Of a DNA stretch of 64,000 nt, positions 1 to 10,578 are shown one piece after another (the stretch's first letter is position 1; every line of letters begins with the position of its first letter). A model generated the notes under the pieces. It was not told the DNA's origin. It searched no databases and saw nothing but the letters and a program-made list of their open reading frames with translations. The position numbers and the translations under genes are program-made. Origin of the DNA: a virus; IMG/VR virus record IMGVR_UViG_3300027714_002832; one strand, given 5' to 3'.

Positions 1-169
1 TCAAGGTGATATGTTCCCCGATTTAACCAATACGATACTGAGTGCATTAACTGCTCAAGTGGAAGAATTCGGTTATGATGATGATTTATTAACGATACAT
101 GAAAAATTAAAGTACAATAAGTAGGTTATTTTTATAGTATAAATAATACTATAGACAGGGAGAAAGATA

Positions 170-844
170 TTGTTCAAGGGAATATATAATCTTTTTAAGC
201 AGAAAGAAGAGCCTATAGCAGAGATGATTGAAATCCCTGTTAAAAAACCAGAATTACCTCATATTGTGTTTATACATGGTGCTGGATGTAGTCATCGCAG
301 TTGGAATTATATATTAGCAAAACTTAACCCTACTCGTTACACTATGTTAGAGTATTCGATAGATGATAAGTTTTATACTAATCTAAATAAACTGTCGACT
401 ATTGTTGGTCAAATACATGATAGGGATTTATTTATAATATCTCATTCTATGGGTGGCATATATGCATTGCATTTATGTCAGAGTTTTAGTCATAGAGTAA
501 TTGGTTCAATATCTATCGCGACTCCGTTTGCGGGATCTAGAACAGCAGATTTTGTAAAATATGTGTATCCATCGTACATGTTGTTTCGGGATGTTGGAGT
601 AAGAAGTGCGCCTATTATGAGGTGTCATGATATTACAATCAATGTACCTTGGACACAGATAGTTACGACAGATGGGTATGTACCGTGGCATAAGGGTGAG
701 AACGATGGTGTTGTGACGGTAGAAAGTCAGCGTCATCGTAAAGATATAGATTATGTAGAAATACATGTAACCCACCATGAAGCGTTGGTGAGTGATGAAG
801 CATTAGATATTATAAAAGAAAAATTAGATATCAAAAACGCTTGA
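170..844 (+). CDS. alpha/beta-fold hydrolase (esterase/lipase-like)
   Basis: 224-aa ORF with HG oxyanion motif (FIHGAG) and nucleophile elbow SHSMGG typical of alpha/beta hydrolases. Confidence 0.6.
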   Translation: MFKGIYNLFKQKEEPIAEMIEIPVKKPELPHIVFIHGAGCSHRSWNYILAKLNPTRYTMLEYSIDDKFYTNLNKLSTIVGQIHDRDLFIISHSMGGIYALHLCQSFSHRVIGSISIATPFAGSRTADFVKYVYPSYMLFRDVGVRSAPIMRCHDITINVPWTQIVTTDGYVPWHKGENDGVVTVESQRHRKDIDYVEIHVTHHEALVSDEALDIIKEKLDIKNA

Positions 845-869
845 CAGAACGCGTTACATAGTGTATAAT
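841..869 (+). promoter_or_regulatory. sigma70-like promoter upstream of tRNA cluster
   Basis: TTGACA 841-846, 17-nt spacer, TATAAT 864-869. Confidence 0.5.
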
Positions 870-918
870 AATTTATTAGATAAATAAAGTAGTAAGTATG
901 AAGTGGTTACATAACCGT

Positions 919-994
919 GGGGATATAGCTCAGTTGGGAGAGCGACTGCCTTGCACGCAGTAGGTCGTAGGTTCGATCCCTATTATCTCCACCA
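919..994 (+). tRNA. tRNA-Ala (anticodon UGC)
   Basis: 76 nt incl. CCA; acceptor GGGGATA/TATCTCC with G3:U70 Ala identity pair; anticodon loop CTTGCAC; T-loop TTCGATC. Confidence 0.85.
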
Positions 995-1043
995 TTATGT
1001 GACTATTAGTCTAATAAATAAAGTAGTAAGTATGAAGTACAAT

Positions 1044-1119
1044 GGGGATATAGCTCAGTTGGGAGAGCGACTGCCTTGCACGCAGTAGGTCGTAGGTTCG
1101 ATCCCTATTATCTCCACCA
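1044..1119 (+). tRNA. tRNA-Ala (anticodon UGC), second identical copy
   Basis: identical 76-nt sequence to 919-994. Confidence 0.85.
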
Positions 1120-1154
1120 TTTTAAAATTAAAGAGATATCAAATTTCTTTAAAA

Positions 1155-1230
<76 letters not shown>

Positions 1231-1241
1231 CTTATATAATA

Positions 1242-1263
1242 ACTCCCTTCGGGGAGTTTTTTG
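1242..1263 (+). terminator. rho-independent terminator after tRNA cluster
   Basis: ACTCCC-TTCG-GGGAGT hairpin followed by TTTTTTGTTT. Confidence 0.75.
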
Positions 1264-1308
1264 TTTCTGCAATAAATACAATTATGAAAATTTATAAGAA
1301 TAATCCGA

Positions 1309-2334
1309 ATGTATGACATTAAAACAATAGAATTGGAATTAGCAACTGTGTGCAATGCATATTGTCCCGTATGTATTCGCTATGATGCAAGAGACGAAGG
1401 TTTATTTTTAAACCCCAAAGCCAATCTTAATCAATTGATAGATCTAGATACTATCGACAAATGTTTTAAATCAGACAAAATACCCGATGACGTAGAAGTG
1501 AGTCTAGTTGGTACTTCTGGCGATCCACTTGCTCATCCTAAAATTTTAGATATTATCAAATTGATATTACATCATAAGTCGCATGCAACATTTAATATCC
1601 ATACTAATGGTGGACTTAGATCAACAAAATTATTCGCTGAACTTGCACATATATTAGGAGATGGCGATAGGTTTTGTTTTAGTTTAGATGGGTTAGCAGA
1701 TACCAACCATATATATCGAATAGGGGTTGACTTCAAGAAAGTAATATCTAATATGACTGCATTCATTGAAGCGGGCGGCACACCAATTTGGCAATTTGTG
1801 ATATTTGATTGGAACAAACATCAGATAGAAGAATGTAGAAAATATGCATTTGATTTAGGCTGTAGAGCATTTGAGTCTCGCGAAAATGTCAATCCCGGGC
1901 TTATAGATGTCGCCATCGCATCTGCAAATAAGCAGATAGTTAATGCTGTATCTCCATCGTTTTATTCTGATAGTATGGTCGAGTCTGATGACTATGATTA
2001 CATAGACGATGCGTGTATTCAAGAACAAGGAATATTCATGGCACCAGATGGTAAAGTATATCCTTGTTGTATGTTCTATGCGGAACGTGCGGGTCCAGGT
2101 TCTACATTGGTGTACGATACCATGTATAAGAAGTTTGGATATGATTGGAATGATTTAACTATATATTCACTAGATCAGATTCTAGATCATGCTTGGTGGG
2201 ATGAACTACATACCAGCATAGTTAAAAGTCCATGTGTTACATGCATCAATAACTGTGGTGCTGTTCGTGATGAACGTAGTAATTCTGACATAAACGAAAA
2301 GGCATATCAAAATATTTCAAGGACATTAATATGA
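1309..2334 (+). CDS. radical SAM enzyme with C-terminal SPASM/twitch-like Cys motifs
   Basis: CNAYCPVC (Cx3Cx2C) near N-term; C-terminal C..G....PCC and CVTCINNC; shares HTNG and DGLxDTxxIYR blocks with ORF 16049-17083. Confidence 0.8.
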   Translation: MYDIKTIELELATVCNAYCPVCIRYDARDEGLFLNPKANLNQLIDLDTIDKCFKSDKIPDDVEVSLVGTSGDPLAHPKILDIIKLILHHKSHATFNIHTNGGLRSTKLFAELAHILGDGDRFCFSLDGLADTNHIYRIGVDFKKVISNMTAFIEAGGTPIWQFVIFDWNKHQIEECRKYAFDLGCRAFESRENVNPGLIDVAIASANKQIVNAVSPSFYSDSMVESDDYDYIDDACIQEQGIFMAPDGKVYPCCMFYAERAGPGSTLVYDTMYKKFGYDWNDLTIYSLDQILDHAWWDELHTSIVKSPCVTCINNCGAVRDERSNSDINEKAYQNISRTLI

Positions 2335-2681
2335 CAGTACCATTATTCAATAAGACATTCAAATTATTTGTATTTAAGGGTGATAACGAAGTAAGTATAT
2401 CACTTAGAATCACCGATAAATGTTGTAGATCATTCATGATGCCATTAGAAGATTTCACGTATATCATTAACAATTGGCGCACAGGTGTTGATGGTAGAAA
2501 CATAGATGGTAATCGTTGGTGGTGGGAATACAGAGATTGTGGTCCGAGACCAGAAATAGCCCCAGCAGATTTTGTATCTATTAGTGTACATGGATGGAAC
2601 TGGCGCGTTACGGTAGCAGAGATGGAAGAGTTAGAAAGTGCATTTAATTTTCAGTTAATCAATAAAAATCATTGGGATTAA
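2331..2681 (+). CDS. hypothetical protein
   Basis: 116-aa ORF, ATGA overlap with upstream gene. Confidence 0.45.
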   Translation: MTVPLFNKTFKLFVFKGDNEVSISLRITDKCCRSFMMPLEDFTYIINNWRTGVDGRNIDGNRWWWEYRDCGPRPEIAPADFVSISVHGWNWRVTVAEMEELESAFNFQLINKNHWD

Positions 2682-2693
2682 CTAAATAAGTGT

Positions 2694-3185
2694 ATGGGAA
2701 AAATAATAAAATCAATTAGTCTAACACAACTCGTATTTACGTTGATATTTTTATCTATGTTTACGGCTATTGGCTTAAATATATATCTATATGTGAAGTT
2801 ACATCAAGCATGGCCATTAGAACATTTCAATGGTAATATAGAAACTCCTGTTGATATATCGGTTGATAAAACGATTGTTGCATCTGGTACATTTAATCGT
2901 CGTGTGGCATGTGAAATGTATAATTTCAGTTTGCAGTTACGAAATGTAGACACGAGAGATATAATTATATTAAATCCCGAACATTTAGCAACGGCACCTA
3001 CCACTACGATGTCACCAGCGAAAGATATAGATGTTAATTTTTCGCTACATATTCCAAGTAATCTATATGTTGGATTTTGGACACCTACATTCACTGGGCA
3101 CTATATCTGTAAAAGCGGTATGTTCACACAAAATAAGACTCAGCGCCTCGTCGTTGATTCATTCGAAGTAATCAAATCTAAATAA
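2694..3185 (+). CDS. hypothetical membrane-anchored protein
   Basis: 163 aa, N-terminal hydrophobic helix. Confidence 0.45.
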   Translation: MGKIIKSISLTQLVFTLIFLSMFTAIGLNIYLYVKLHQAWPLEHFNGNIETPVDISVDKTIVASGTFNRRVACEMYNFSLQLRNVDTRDIIILNPEHLATAPTTTMSPAKDIDVNFSLHIPSNLYVGFWTPTFTGHYICKSGMFTQNKTQRLVVDSFEVIKSK

Positions 3186-3202
3186 TCAAAAATAGGTAAT
3201 AT

Positions 3203-4066
3203 ATGAACTTATTAAAAAATATTGAATTGAAAGAAATTCAATCTACTGGTAGACCAGTGATTTTTAAGCACCCATCATTAATCGCCAACTTTCCTGACAG
3301 ACTAGACAAAGCAAAAACACTATTTGATCAGATGACAGTACCAATGTGTGAAAAATATAATAAATTTGATTTTGAAGATGAACATTTCAGAACAGATCAT
3401 TGGGAAGACGAAGAAGTACCTGATAAGATCTACGCACATCGCTATGGTGGTCCTGCATTCAGTTATGACATAGATACTATGGTAGGTCCTCAAGATTGGG
3501 AAGGTGATGGCGATGCTACCAAAGTAGGCGATCATGTGCTAAGACGTAAGATTTATCTGTATGATTGGACACGCGAGCGTATGAAAGATGGCAACATACA
3601 ACCAACCGCAGAAATGGAATATTTCTTGGACTTGCTTGATGTAGTTAAACCTATATTAGAACATTATAACAAAGAATGTTTATCAGATCAAACAGATAAA
3701 GTTAAGTTTTATCTTATTAAGATGATGTTGATCGAGTATAGCACACCGTGTGCGACAGATGATAATGTAGTAGAGCATAGGAAATTTAACACTGATCGTT
3801 TCGGTCCGTCTCATTGCGATGAAGCATTGTTGGGATTGCACGTTGGTGAGAGTATTAAAGAAATACAGACACGAAACCATGTTACTGGTGAATGGACTTA
3901 TTTACCAGATAATGAGACATCACTTCTATTGTTTGGCGAAGATGCTGCAAAGAGTGACTGGGACCCGACCTATCATCGTATGATTCACAATCCAAATGGT
4001 GGGTCATCAGATTCACGTTATGTGATTCTAATAGATTATCAAGCACGTTACAAAAATAATGATTAA
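3203..4066 (+). CDS. hypothetical protein
   Basis: 287-aa ORF, acidic, no motif recognised. Confidence 0.45.
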   Translation: MNLLKNIELKEIQSTGRPVIFKHPSLIANFPDRLDKAKTLFDQMTVPMCEKYNKFDFEDEHFRTDHWEDEEVPDKIYAHRYGGPAFSYDIDTMVGPQDWEGDGDATKVGDHVLRRKIYLYDWTRERMKDGNIQPTAEMEYFLDLLDVVKPILEHYNKECLSDQTDKVKFYLIKMMLIEYSTPCATDDNVVEHRKFNTDRFGPSHCDEALLGLHVGESIKEIQTRNHVTGEWTYLPDNETSLLLFGEDAAKSDWDPTYHRMIHNPNGGSSDSRYVILIDYQARYKNND

Positions 4067-4069
4067 GTG

Positions 4070-4098
4070 TTGACAAACAGCCACTTAGTTGATATAAT
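4070..4098 (+). promoter_or_regulatory. sigma70-like promoter upstream of clpP
   Basis: TTGACA 4070-4075, 17 nt, TATAAT 4093-4098. Confidence 0.55.
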
Positions 4099-4130
4099 AG
4101 TTCATAACCTAAATCGGAGTAGTAAATAAT

Positions 4131-4745
4131 ATGTTAGTACCAACAGTAGTAGAATCAACAGGACGTGGAGAACGCGCTTATGATATTTATAGTCGCTTGC
4201 TTCGTGATCGGATTATTATGCTCAATGGAGAAGTAAACGATCACACCGCAAACCTAATCGTAGCACAGATGTTATTTTTGGAATCAGAAAATCCATCAGA
4301 AGACATCAATTTTTACATCAATAGTGGCGGTGGTTCTGTCACCGCTGGACTTAGTATCTATGATACTATGCAGTATATCAATTCACCAGTGTCTACCATC
4401 GTAATGGGACAAGCGTGTTCAATGGGATCATTGTTATCGCAAGCGGGCGCTCCAGGAAAGCGATTTGTTTTACCTAACAGTCGTACTATGATTCATCGTG
4501 TTAGTTCGGGCACTCAGGGTACACGTGGTAGTATTCATGTACAAGAACTTGAGTTTGAAGATGCAAAGCGACATATGGATGAGTCAGTTAATTTGAACAA
4601 TCGTCTTACGCAGTTGTATGTAGATCATAGCAGCAAAGGAAAATCATTTGATGAGTTTTATGCTACTATGAAGCACGACACTTTCATGTCAGCACCAGAA
4701 GCAGTTGAATTTGGTCTTGCTGATAAAGTGATTGCTAAGATCTAG
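4131..4745 (+). CDS. clpP: ATP-dependent Clp protease proteolytic subunit ClpP
   Basis: [16 protein letters not shown]..., [21 protein letters not shown] (Ser), MIHRV (His) blocks of ClpP/S14. Confidence 0.9.
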   Translation: MLVPTVVESTGRGERAYDIYSRLLRDRIIMLNGEVNDHTANLIVAQMLFLESENPSEDINFYINSGGGSVTAGLSIYDTMQYINSPVSTIVMGQACSMGSLLSQAGAPGKRFVLPNSRTMIHRVSSGTQGTRGSIHVQELEFEDAKRHMDESVNLNNRLTQLYVDHSSKGKSFDEFYATMKHDTFMSAPEAVEFGLADKVIAKI

Positions 4746-4851
4746 ATTGATCAGAAGTTGGACAGTCAGTTCAACTTCATTTAGTCCCGCTAATGATAAA
4801 TATGTATATCAGTCATATTATTGTGACATTAATATAAAAGGAATTTAATCA

Positions 4852-5703
4852 ATGACGTACAGACACGACCACAAAGATCCAAATATGAGTGGATCACAAA
4901 AAGCATTAAAATATGACGTAGATGGTGAACCAACATTGCGCGTAAGCATTGAGGAGATGGCTTCTAATTTGGTTACGCCTGTTGGCTCAAACAAGCCATA
5001 CTTGCTAGAAGTAGCACAGGGATTAATTCCAGGATACGGTTGCAACCACAAGTTTGGTGCAGTGCCCACTATGAGTAATAACACCACAGGTAGTGTATGG
5101 GATGTTCCTAACACAGTATACCCATTTAACGCATTTGGTGCTGGTAGTGTTATCAACGTTGAACGTACTAATGCAGCAGATGTAGGTAGTGTAATTAGAA
5201 TGCAAGGCTTAGATGTAAACTTTAATTTCATCGAAGAAGACATCCCACTTAATGCGAGAGACCAAGTAGGCACACTGGTATTCATTAGATTAAACAGAGC
5301 GTTCATGGTTACTGATGGTGGATCAAACCTTGGCGACATTAATTTTGAAATTGGTGTACCAGGCGGTGTAACGATTGCTCGTATAACAGAAGGTTATGGA
5401 CAGACGCTTATGGCAGTGTACACAGTGCCTGCAGGCGTAACAGCATATTTACTTAATATTTCTGCTACTGCATCAGATGACGCAGATGCCACAATCTCAC
5501 TATTAAAACGTGAGCCTTCTAGTGACGTTTTTAGAATAATGACAACATTTGAATTACAACAACGTGGCGGCGGATTTACACAAGAGTTCCCTTGTGCACT
5601 AAAGATCGTAGAAATGACAGACATTGATTTGAGAGTTATTTCACGTGCAAGTGGCAAGCGTTTCACGGGAACATTTGATATGCTATTAGTAGATAATGTA
5701 TAA
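4852..5703 (+). CDS. hypothetical protein (possibly structural)
   Basis: 283-aa ORF, Gly/Val-rich, no catalytic motif. Confidence 0.45.
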   Translation: MTYRHDHKDPNMSGSQKALKYDVDGEPTLRVSIEEMASNLVTPVGSNKPYLLEVAQGLIPGYGCNHKFGAVPTMSNNTTGSVWDVPNTVYPFNAFGAGSVINVERTNAADVGSVIRMQGLDVNFNFIEEDIPLNARDQVGTLVFIRLNRAFMVTDGGSNLGDINFEIGVPGGVTIARITEGYGQTLMAVYTVPAGVTAYLLNISATASDDADATISLLKREPSSDVFRIMTTFELQQRGGGFTQEFPCALKIVEMTDIDLRVISRASGKRFTGTFDMLLVDNV

Positions 5704-5711
5704 ATAAGTAT

Positions 5712-6398
5712 ATGAGATTACATAATTTATTTGAAAACAACAAACCAATATTAGATGAGGGTCCAAAAGATCCTCATATCTTTAAATCAGTATTTCTTGC
5801 GGGCGGACCAGGTTCTGGTAAAAGTTTTGTAGCAGGTAAATTACTTAAAGGCGGCGGTCTTAAAGTAGTTAATTCTGATGATATTTACGAATACTTAATG
5901 AAACAGCAGAACTTAGAAATGGACCCAGAGACTATTTTTAGTCCTCAAGGTCAAGCAATTCGTGATAAAGCGAAAGGTCTAACAGGCATCCGTCAAGGCG
6001 GATTTCTAGATGGTCGTTTAGGTCTTGTTATAGACGGAACTGGTAAAGATACTGGTAAAGTAAAAAAGGAAAGTGATAAACTACGTGATTTAGGTTATGA
6101 TACGATGATGGTATTCGTTAATACTAGTTTAGAAGTAGCACAAGCGCGAAATCAAGCACGATCTAGAAAACTTGCACCAGAAGTAGTTGAGGCGATGTGG
6201 AATAAAGTTCAACAGAACATAATGAAATTCCAGCAAATCTTTGGCGCGGCGAACTTCCATGTTATTGATAATTCTGGTGGATTAGAAGACCCAGATAGAG
6301 CAGAGAATTTCGATACCGTATATAAAGAAATACAAAAGTTTATTAATACACCACCATCAAGTCATATTGCTAAAAAATGGCTAGATAATAATAAATAA
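5712..6398 (+). CDS. P-loop NTPase, nucleotide-kinase-like
   Basis: Walker A GGPGSGKSF near N-terminus, small size. Confidence 0.55.
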   Translation: MRLHNLFENNKPILDEGPKDPHIFKSVFLAGGPGSGKSFVAGKLLKGGGLKVVNSDDIYEYLMKQQNLEMDPETIFSPQGQAIRDKAKGLTGIRQGGFLDGRLGLVIDGTGKDTGKVKKESDKLRDLGYDTMMVFVNTSLEVAQARNQARSRKLAPEVVEAMWNKVQQNIMKFQQIFGAANFHVIDNSGGLEDPDRAENFDTVYKEIQKFINTPPSSHIAKKWLDNNK

Positions 6399-6502
6399 TT
6401 CTATAACATATTAAACCATCTTATAACTAAGAACTCATGTATTGCTAAATATAGATATATGGGTTTTTTTATGCCTGTAACATAATAAGAGGAACACATA
6501 TC

Positions 6503-6847
6503 ATGTATACATATCGTGTTAAATTAGTAAGAGTAATAGACGGTGACACCATTGATGCAGAAATCGATCTAGGCTTCAATGTGGTGATGAGACAGCGAAT
6601 TAGATTGTACGGTATAGCGACACCAGCGACTCACACAAAAGATTTAGAAGAAAAAGAGCGTGGTCTAGCATCAAAGCAGCGCCTGACCGAACTATTACCA
6701 AAAGAGTTTATTGTTGAAACAATATTAAACAAGCGTGGAAAGATTGGTAGAATAATGGGCATCGTGTATGTAGAAGAATATGATACGTCTATCAATATCA
6801 ATGATGTAATGGTTGAAGAAGGTCACGCAATTAGGTATAATAAGTAG
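6503..6847 (+). CDS. staphylococcal-nuclease (SNase/thermonuclease)-like protein
   Basis: VIDGDTID...RIRLYGIATPA resembles SNase V(I)DGDT and DTPE blocks. Confidence 0.5.
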   Translation: MYTYRVKLVRVIDGDTIDAEIDLGFNVVMRQRIRLYGIATPATHTKDLEEKERGLASKQRLTELLPKEFIVETILNKRGKIGRIMGIVYVEEYDTSININDVMVEEGHAIRYNK

Positions 6848-6857
6848 AGGATAAATT

Positions 6858-8414
6858 ATGAGATATTTTGGTATTTGGACAGTTTTTGTAGCATTAACTA
6901 TTAGCGTAGTAGCAGCGTATTATTCAATCATTGGACTAGTTGCTATATTCGCCGCATCAATGGTTCCTGTCATAATCATGGGCAGTGTATTAGAAGTAGG
7001 CAAAATAACAACCGCAGTATGGTTACATAAGTACTGGGATAAAGCAACATTCTTGATGAAATCTTATTTAACTATTGCTGTACTGTTACTCATGTTTATT
7101 ACTAGTATGGGTATTTTTGGTTTCCTATCTAAAGCACATATTGAACAGACAGCAATGGCTGGTGAAGGTGTAGCACAATTGGAACGTGTGGAAGCCGATA
7201 TTGCACGAAATCAATCAGTTATCGCTCGTGCAGATGATAAGATGATCAAACTAGAATCATCAGATGAAACAATAGATACCAATATTCAAACAAAGATTGC
7301 GACAGAAGAAAATCGTATCGCAGGGAAGTCACAGAGATTACAAACAGCAATAGCAGAACAAACAGCAGCGATAGAGTTAGCAGTTGCACCGTATATGACA
7401 CAGCAACAAGCAGCAGACAATGCACTCGCATTAATGAATGGGTTTGTTCAGAATAATGAAATTAAGAAGATACAAGGATTAATTGGCGAAGTACAAGATG
7501 GTTCATATGGAACAAAGACTGCCACTGGAGTTAAGGAATATAGAAATAACCTACTTGATGAACGTGCAACAGCCTTATCTATTGTCAATGAATTACGAGC
7601 AGATACCAGAACTGAAATCGCTAGACTACGTGCAAATTTTGAACAACAGGTAGAATCATCGAATGCACTGATTAGTCGAATGACAACTGAACTTAGCGTA
7701 GTTGAACGTGTAGACACAGAAGCAGACATAACTGCATTGCAATTGAAAATTAAGAATTCAGAAGAATCACTTGACAAACTCTATGAAACAAAGTATACTA
7801 TAGAGACTGAAAGCAGAAAGTTAGAAGCCGAAGTAGGACCTGTTAAATACATAGCAGCATTAATATATGGTGATGATCCTACTAAAGACACATTGGAAGA
7901 TGCTGTACGATGGATTATTATGATACTTGTAGTTGTGTTTGATCCGTTAGCCGTTGTATTAGTAATTGCGGGCATTTCTATTCTTGAGCAAAAGAAAGTG
8001 AACGTAGTACGTGATGATCAGGCTGAATACGATAGAGCAAGAGTACAGCGTATGGTTGATAATACACCTCATAAAGAAGTGGTGGTTGAGTCAATTGAAG
8101 TTGCTGAAAAAGAAACTTCAACAGTAGAAACAGAATTAGAGCGTGAGATTCGTGAATTAAATGAACAACGTGAATTAAATGAATCAAGTCGTAGCATACA
8201 AAAAGAAGCAAATCAGCAAGCATTATTGCTTGTTAAAGATATATCAAATCGCATGATTCAAAGCGGAAGTAATATCACATGTATCAGTGATGTAATAGCA
8301 TCAGACGATACAGGAACCCTGAAGCAGTTATTAGAGGGTGCTGATAAAGACACATTGAATGATGTACAAACTATTATAGCAAACACAATTAATCAAATAC
8401 AGGAAAGTAAATGA
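6858..8414 (+). CDS. membrane protein with long coiled-coil regions
   Basis: 518 aa; three N-terminal TM helices, heptad-rich middle, internal TM WIIMILVVVFDPLAVVLVIAGISIL, acidic C-term. Confidence 0.5.
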   Translation: MRYFGIWTVFVALTISVVAAYYSIIGLVAIFAASMVPVIIMGSVLEVGKITTAVWLHKYWDKATFLMKSYLTIAVLLLMFITSMGIFGFLSKAHIEQTAMAGEGVAQLERVEADIARNQSVIARADDKMIKLESSDETIDTNIQTKIATEENRIAGKSQRLQTAIAEQTAAIELAVAPYMTQQQAADNALALMNGFVQNNEIKKIQGLIGEVQDGSYGTKTATGVKEYRNNLLDERATALSIVNELRADTRTEIARLRANFEQQVESSNALISRMTTELSVVERVDTEADITALQLKIKNSEESLDKLYETKYTIETESRKLEAEVGPVKYIAALIYGDDPTKDTLEDAVRWIIMILVVVFDPLAVVLVIAGISILEQKKVNVVRDDQAEYDRARVQRMVDNTPHKEVVVESIEVAEKETSTVETELEREIRELNEQRELNESSRSIQKEANQQALLLVKDISNRMIQSGSNITCISDVIASDDTGTLKQLLEGADKDTLNDVQTIIANTINQIQESK

Positions 8415-8854
8415 AGCAAGACAACAGTAGTTATACAATAACAAATCCTGATCTATTTTTAACAAATGATGGGATTTCTGTATTAATCACGAGTACTAAC
8501 AAAGAATTCATTGACGAAGTAAAATTAATAGTAGAGCATCACATTGAACATAGTATTGTGTTTAATGTGCAGCCTTCTAGCACCACCGAAACAGGTGTTC
8601 CCTGGATGTGGTATGTGAGTCGTGCAGTTGACATTATGTTTGTTGATTTAGACACATGTGCTTGGGTAGACATTTGTACTGCATTGACAAAAGAACAGGA
8701 TGATAATCATGTTGTTGTGTTTTTTAGTGACAGGAACAAAAAACGCGATGCTATTAAATTGATAAATGCAACGAGTAAGTATATTATACTGAAAGATATT
8801 AAAGAGATCAGTGCATACATGGAAACACATGTTCAACTGTCTGCTCCTTTATGA
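8411..8854 (+). CDS. hypothetical protein
   Basis: 147-aa ORF, ATGA overlap. Confidence 0.45.
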   Translation: MKQDNSSYTITNPDLFLTNDGISVLITSTNKEFIDEVKLIVEHHIEHSIVFNVQPSSTTETGVPWMWYVSRAVDIMFVDLDTCAWVDICTALTKEQDDNHVVVFFSDRNKKRDAIKLINATSKYIILKDIKEISAYMETHVQLSAPL

Positions 8855-10080
8855 CAGAAATGTTAAAATGCGCATTTTGTCATAAGACACAAAAGCAAGT
8901 TTCTAAGTTACTTGCTGGTATAGACGAGCATATTTATATTTGTAATAAATGTGTTCATTTGTCACACAGCATTTTAGAGAAAGAAGATAAAACAAAAACA
9001 CTCAAAGATAAGAAACGTAAGTTACGTGATATTTTTGATACTGTCCCACCTAAACAAGTCCATGAATATTTAAACGAACATGTGATTGGTCAAGAAAAAG
9101 TTAAGAAAGGAATTAGTGTAGCAATATACAATCATTGTAAGAGAATCTTTAATGACACCGTTGTGCAAGTACAAAAATCAAATGTATTACTATTGGGTCC
9201 TACAGGTGTTGGTAAAACACTTATTGCACAAACGCTAGCAAGTTCAATGGATGTGCCATTCGTCATTACAGATGCAACTACGATTACTGAAAGTGGTTAT
9301 GCTGGAGATGATGCAGAAGTATTGATACATAAGTTATTCCAAAATTCTGATTATGATATTGCACGAACCGAGATTGGTATCATCTACGTAGATGAGATAG
9401 ACAAGAAAGCCAAGCGTAATGACATGGTAAGTTTAAGTCGTGATGTATCAGGCGAAGGTGTTCAACAAAGTTTACTGAAACTCATGGAAGGCACCACCAT
9501 CGCAGTACCTAATAAACATGATAGATCTCCTGAAAAAATAGATATAAATACAGAGAACATCTTATTCATTGTGGGCGGTGCTTTTATTGGATTAGAGAAA
9601 GTAGTTGAGCAGCGTCTAGGTAAATCAAAAATAGGATTTACTGGAAAAATGGCAAGCAAAGATTATAATTGGGAAGATGAACTTGAAACGAGTGATCTAG
9701 TTCAATATGGTCTAATACCAGAATTCTTAGGAAGATTACCATCAGTTAATGTATTACATGAATTATCTAAAGATGATTTGGTGCGTGTGTTGACTGAACC
9801 GAAAAATAGTATTGTAAAGCAATATCAAGCATTATTTGAATTAGATAATGTTAGTTTAGAATTTAAGCCATCTGCATTAAGAGCAATCGCAGAGACTTCT
9901 ATTAAGCAAGATCTAGGTGCAAGGGGATTACGCAAAATAATCGACAATGCACTCATTGATACACAATATGAATTACCCGACCTTGTAAGACAAGGCGTTC
10001 AGAAGATTATTATTAGTGAAGAAACTATAACTAGAGGAACAACACCACACATGATCAAAGGATCCATAAGTGAAAAATAA
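8851..10080 (+). CDS. clpX: ATP-dependent Clp protease ATP-binding subunit ClpX
   Basis: N-terminal C4 zinc finger CAFCHK...CNKC, Walker A LLGPTGVGKT, ClpX-type IGF/sensor blocks. Confidence 0.9.
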   Translation: MTEMLKCAFCHKTQKQVSKLLAGIDEHIYICNKCVHLSHSILEKEDKTKTLKDKKRKLRDIFDTVPPKQVHEYLNEHVIGQEKVKKGISVAIYNHCKRIFNDTVVQVQKSNVLLLGPTGVGKTLIAQTLASSMDVPFVITDATTITESGYAGDDAEVLIHKLFQNSDYDIARTEIGIIYVDEIDKKAKRNDMVSLSRDVSGEGVQQSLLKLMEGTTIAVPNKHDRSPEKIDINTENILFIVGGAFIGLEKVVEQRLGKSKIGFTGKMASKDYNWEDELETSDLVQYGLIPEFLGRLPSVNVLHELSKDDLVRVLTEPKNSIVKQYQALFELDNVSLEFKPSALRAIAETSIKQDLGARGLRKIIDNALIDTQYELPDLVRQGVQKIIISEETITRGTTPHMIKGSISEK

Positions 10081-10576
10081 AAAACCAATGTTGATGTTTA
10101 ATCAATTCATAACATTTCGCGAAGTACGTGTCAATTTTGAAGACGGCGAAAGTAAAGTACTAAATACAGTAGAGGCATTATCTATCGCAGAAGGTAGAGG
10201 ACTGGATTTGATTGTTATCAATGAAATTGCAGTTCCACCAGTATGTAAGATTGCTGATAAAAATAAGTTTTTGTATGAACAGAAACAAAAACAAAAAGAC
10301 ACTGCAAAAAAGGCAAGAGCCAGTACAGTAGAACATAAAGAAATCCGTATGGGTTTGAATATCGAAGAAAATGATATTACTGTTAAATCTAATAAGATTA
10401 AAACATTATTGGAAAAGAATTGCAGAGTTACTATTACCGTGACCTTGAAGGGTCGTGAACGAAGTAAGCAACATATAGCACGTGAACTAATCCAATCTAT
10501 TGCAGATCGATTAGGTGTTGAGTTGGAATTATTCGGTGCAAGTGGTAATAGAGTTAGTGCGAAAATAAAAGGTTAA
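10070..10576 (+). CDS. infC: translation initiation factor IF-3 homologue
   Basis: EVRVNFEDGE..VLNTVEALSIAEGRGLDLIVINEIAVPPVCKIADKNKFLYEQ and C-domain KEIRMGLNIEENDI...TLKGRE colinear with bacterial IF3. Confidence 0.8.
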   Translation: MKNKKPMLMFNQFITFREVRVNFEDGESKVLNTVEALSIAEGRGLDLIVINEIAVPPVCKIADKNKFLYEQKQKQKDTAKKARASTVEHKEIRMGLNIEENDITVKSNKIKTLLEKNCRVTITVTLKGRERSKQHIARELIQSIADRLGVELELFGASGNRVSAKIKG

Positions 10577-10578
10577 GA

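Larger units (their letters stand above)
890..1119 (+). repeat. tandem duplication (about 125-bp unit) of leader plus tRNA-Ala
   Basis: ATAAATAAAGTAGTAAGTATGAAGT leader at 890-914 and 1015-1039, each followed by an identical 76-nt tRNA. Confidence 0.7.

Noticed and set aside
506-778. Antisense ORFs inside strongly supported genes (506-778, 4845-5339, 1572-1817, 28221-28718, 32286-32801, 19446-19853 and similar entries in the ORF track)
   Set aside because: They lie entirely within, and opposite to, genes with recognisable domains (hydrolase, ClpP-neighbour, rSAM, NfeD-like, prs), and have odd composition and no RBS; they are treated as spurious.
6430-6480. Terminator after ORF 5712-6398 (GGGTTTTTTTATG)
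   Set aside because: There is a T-run but no convincing upstream stem-loop.
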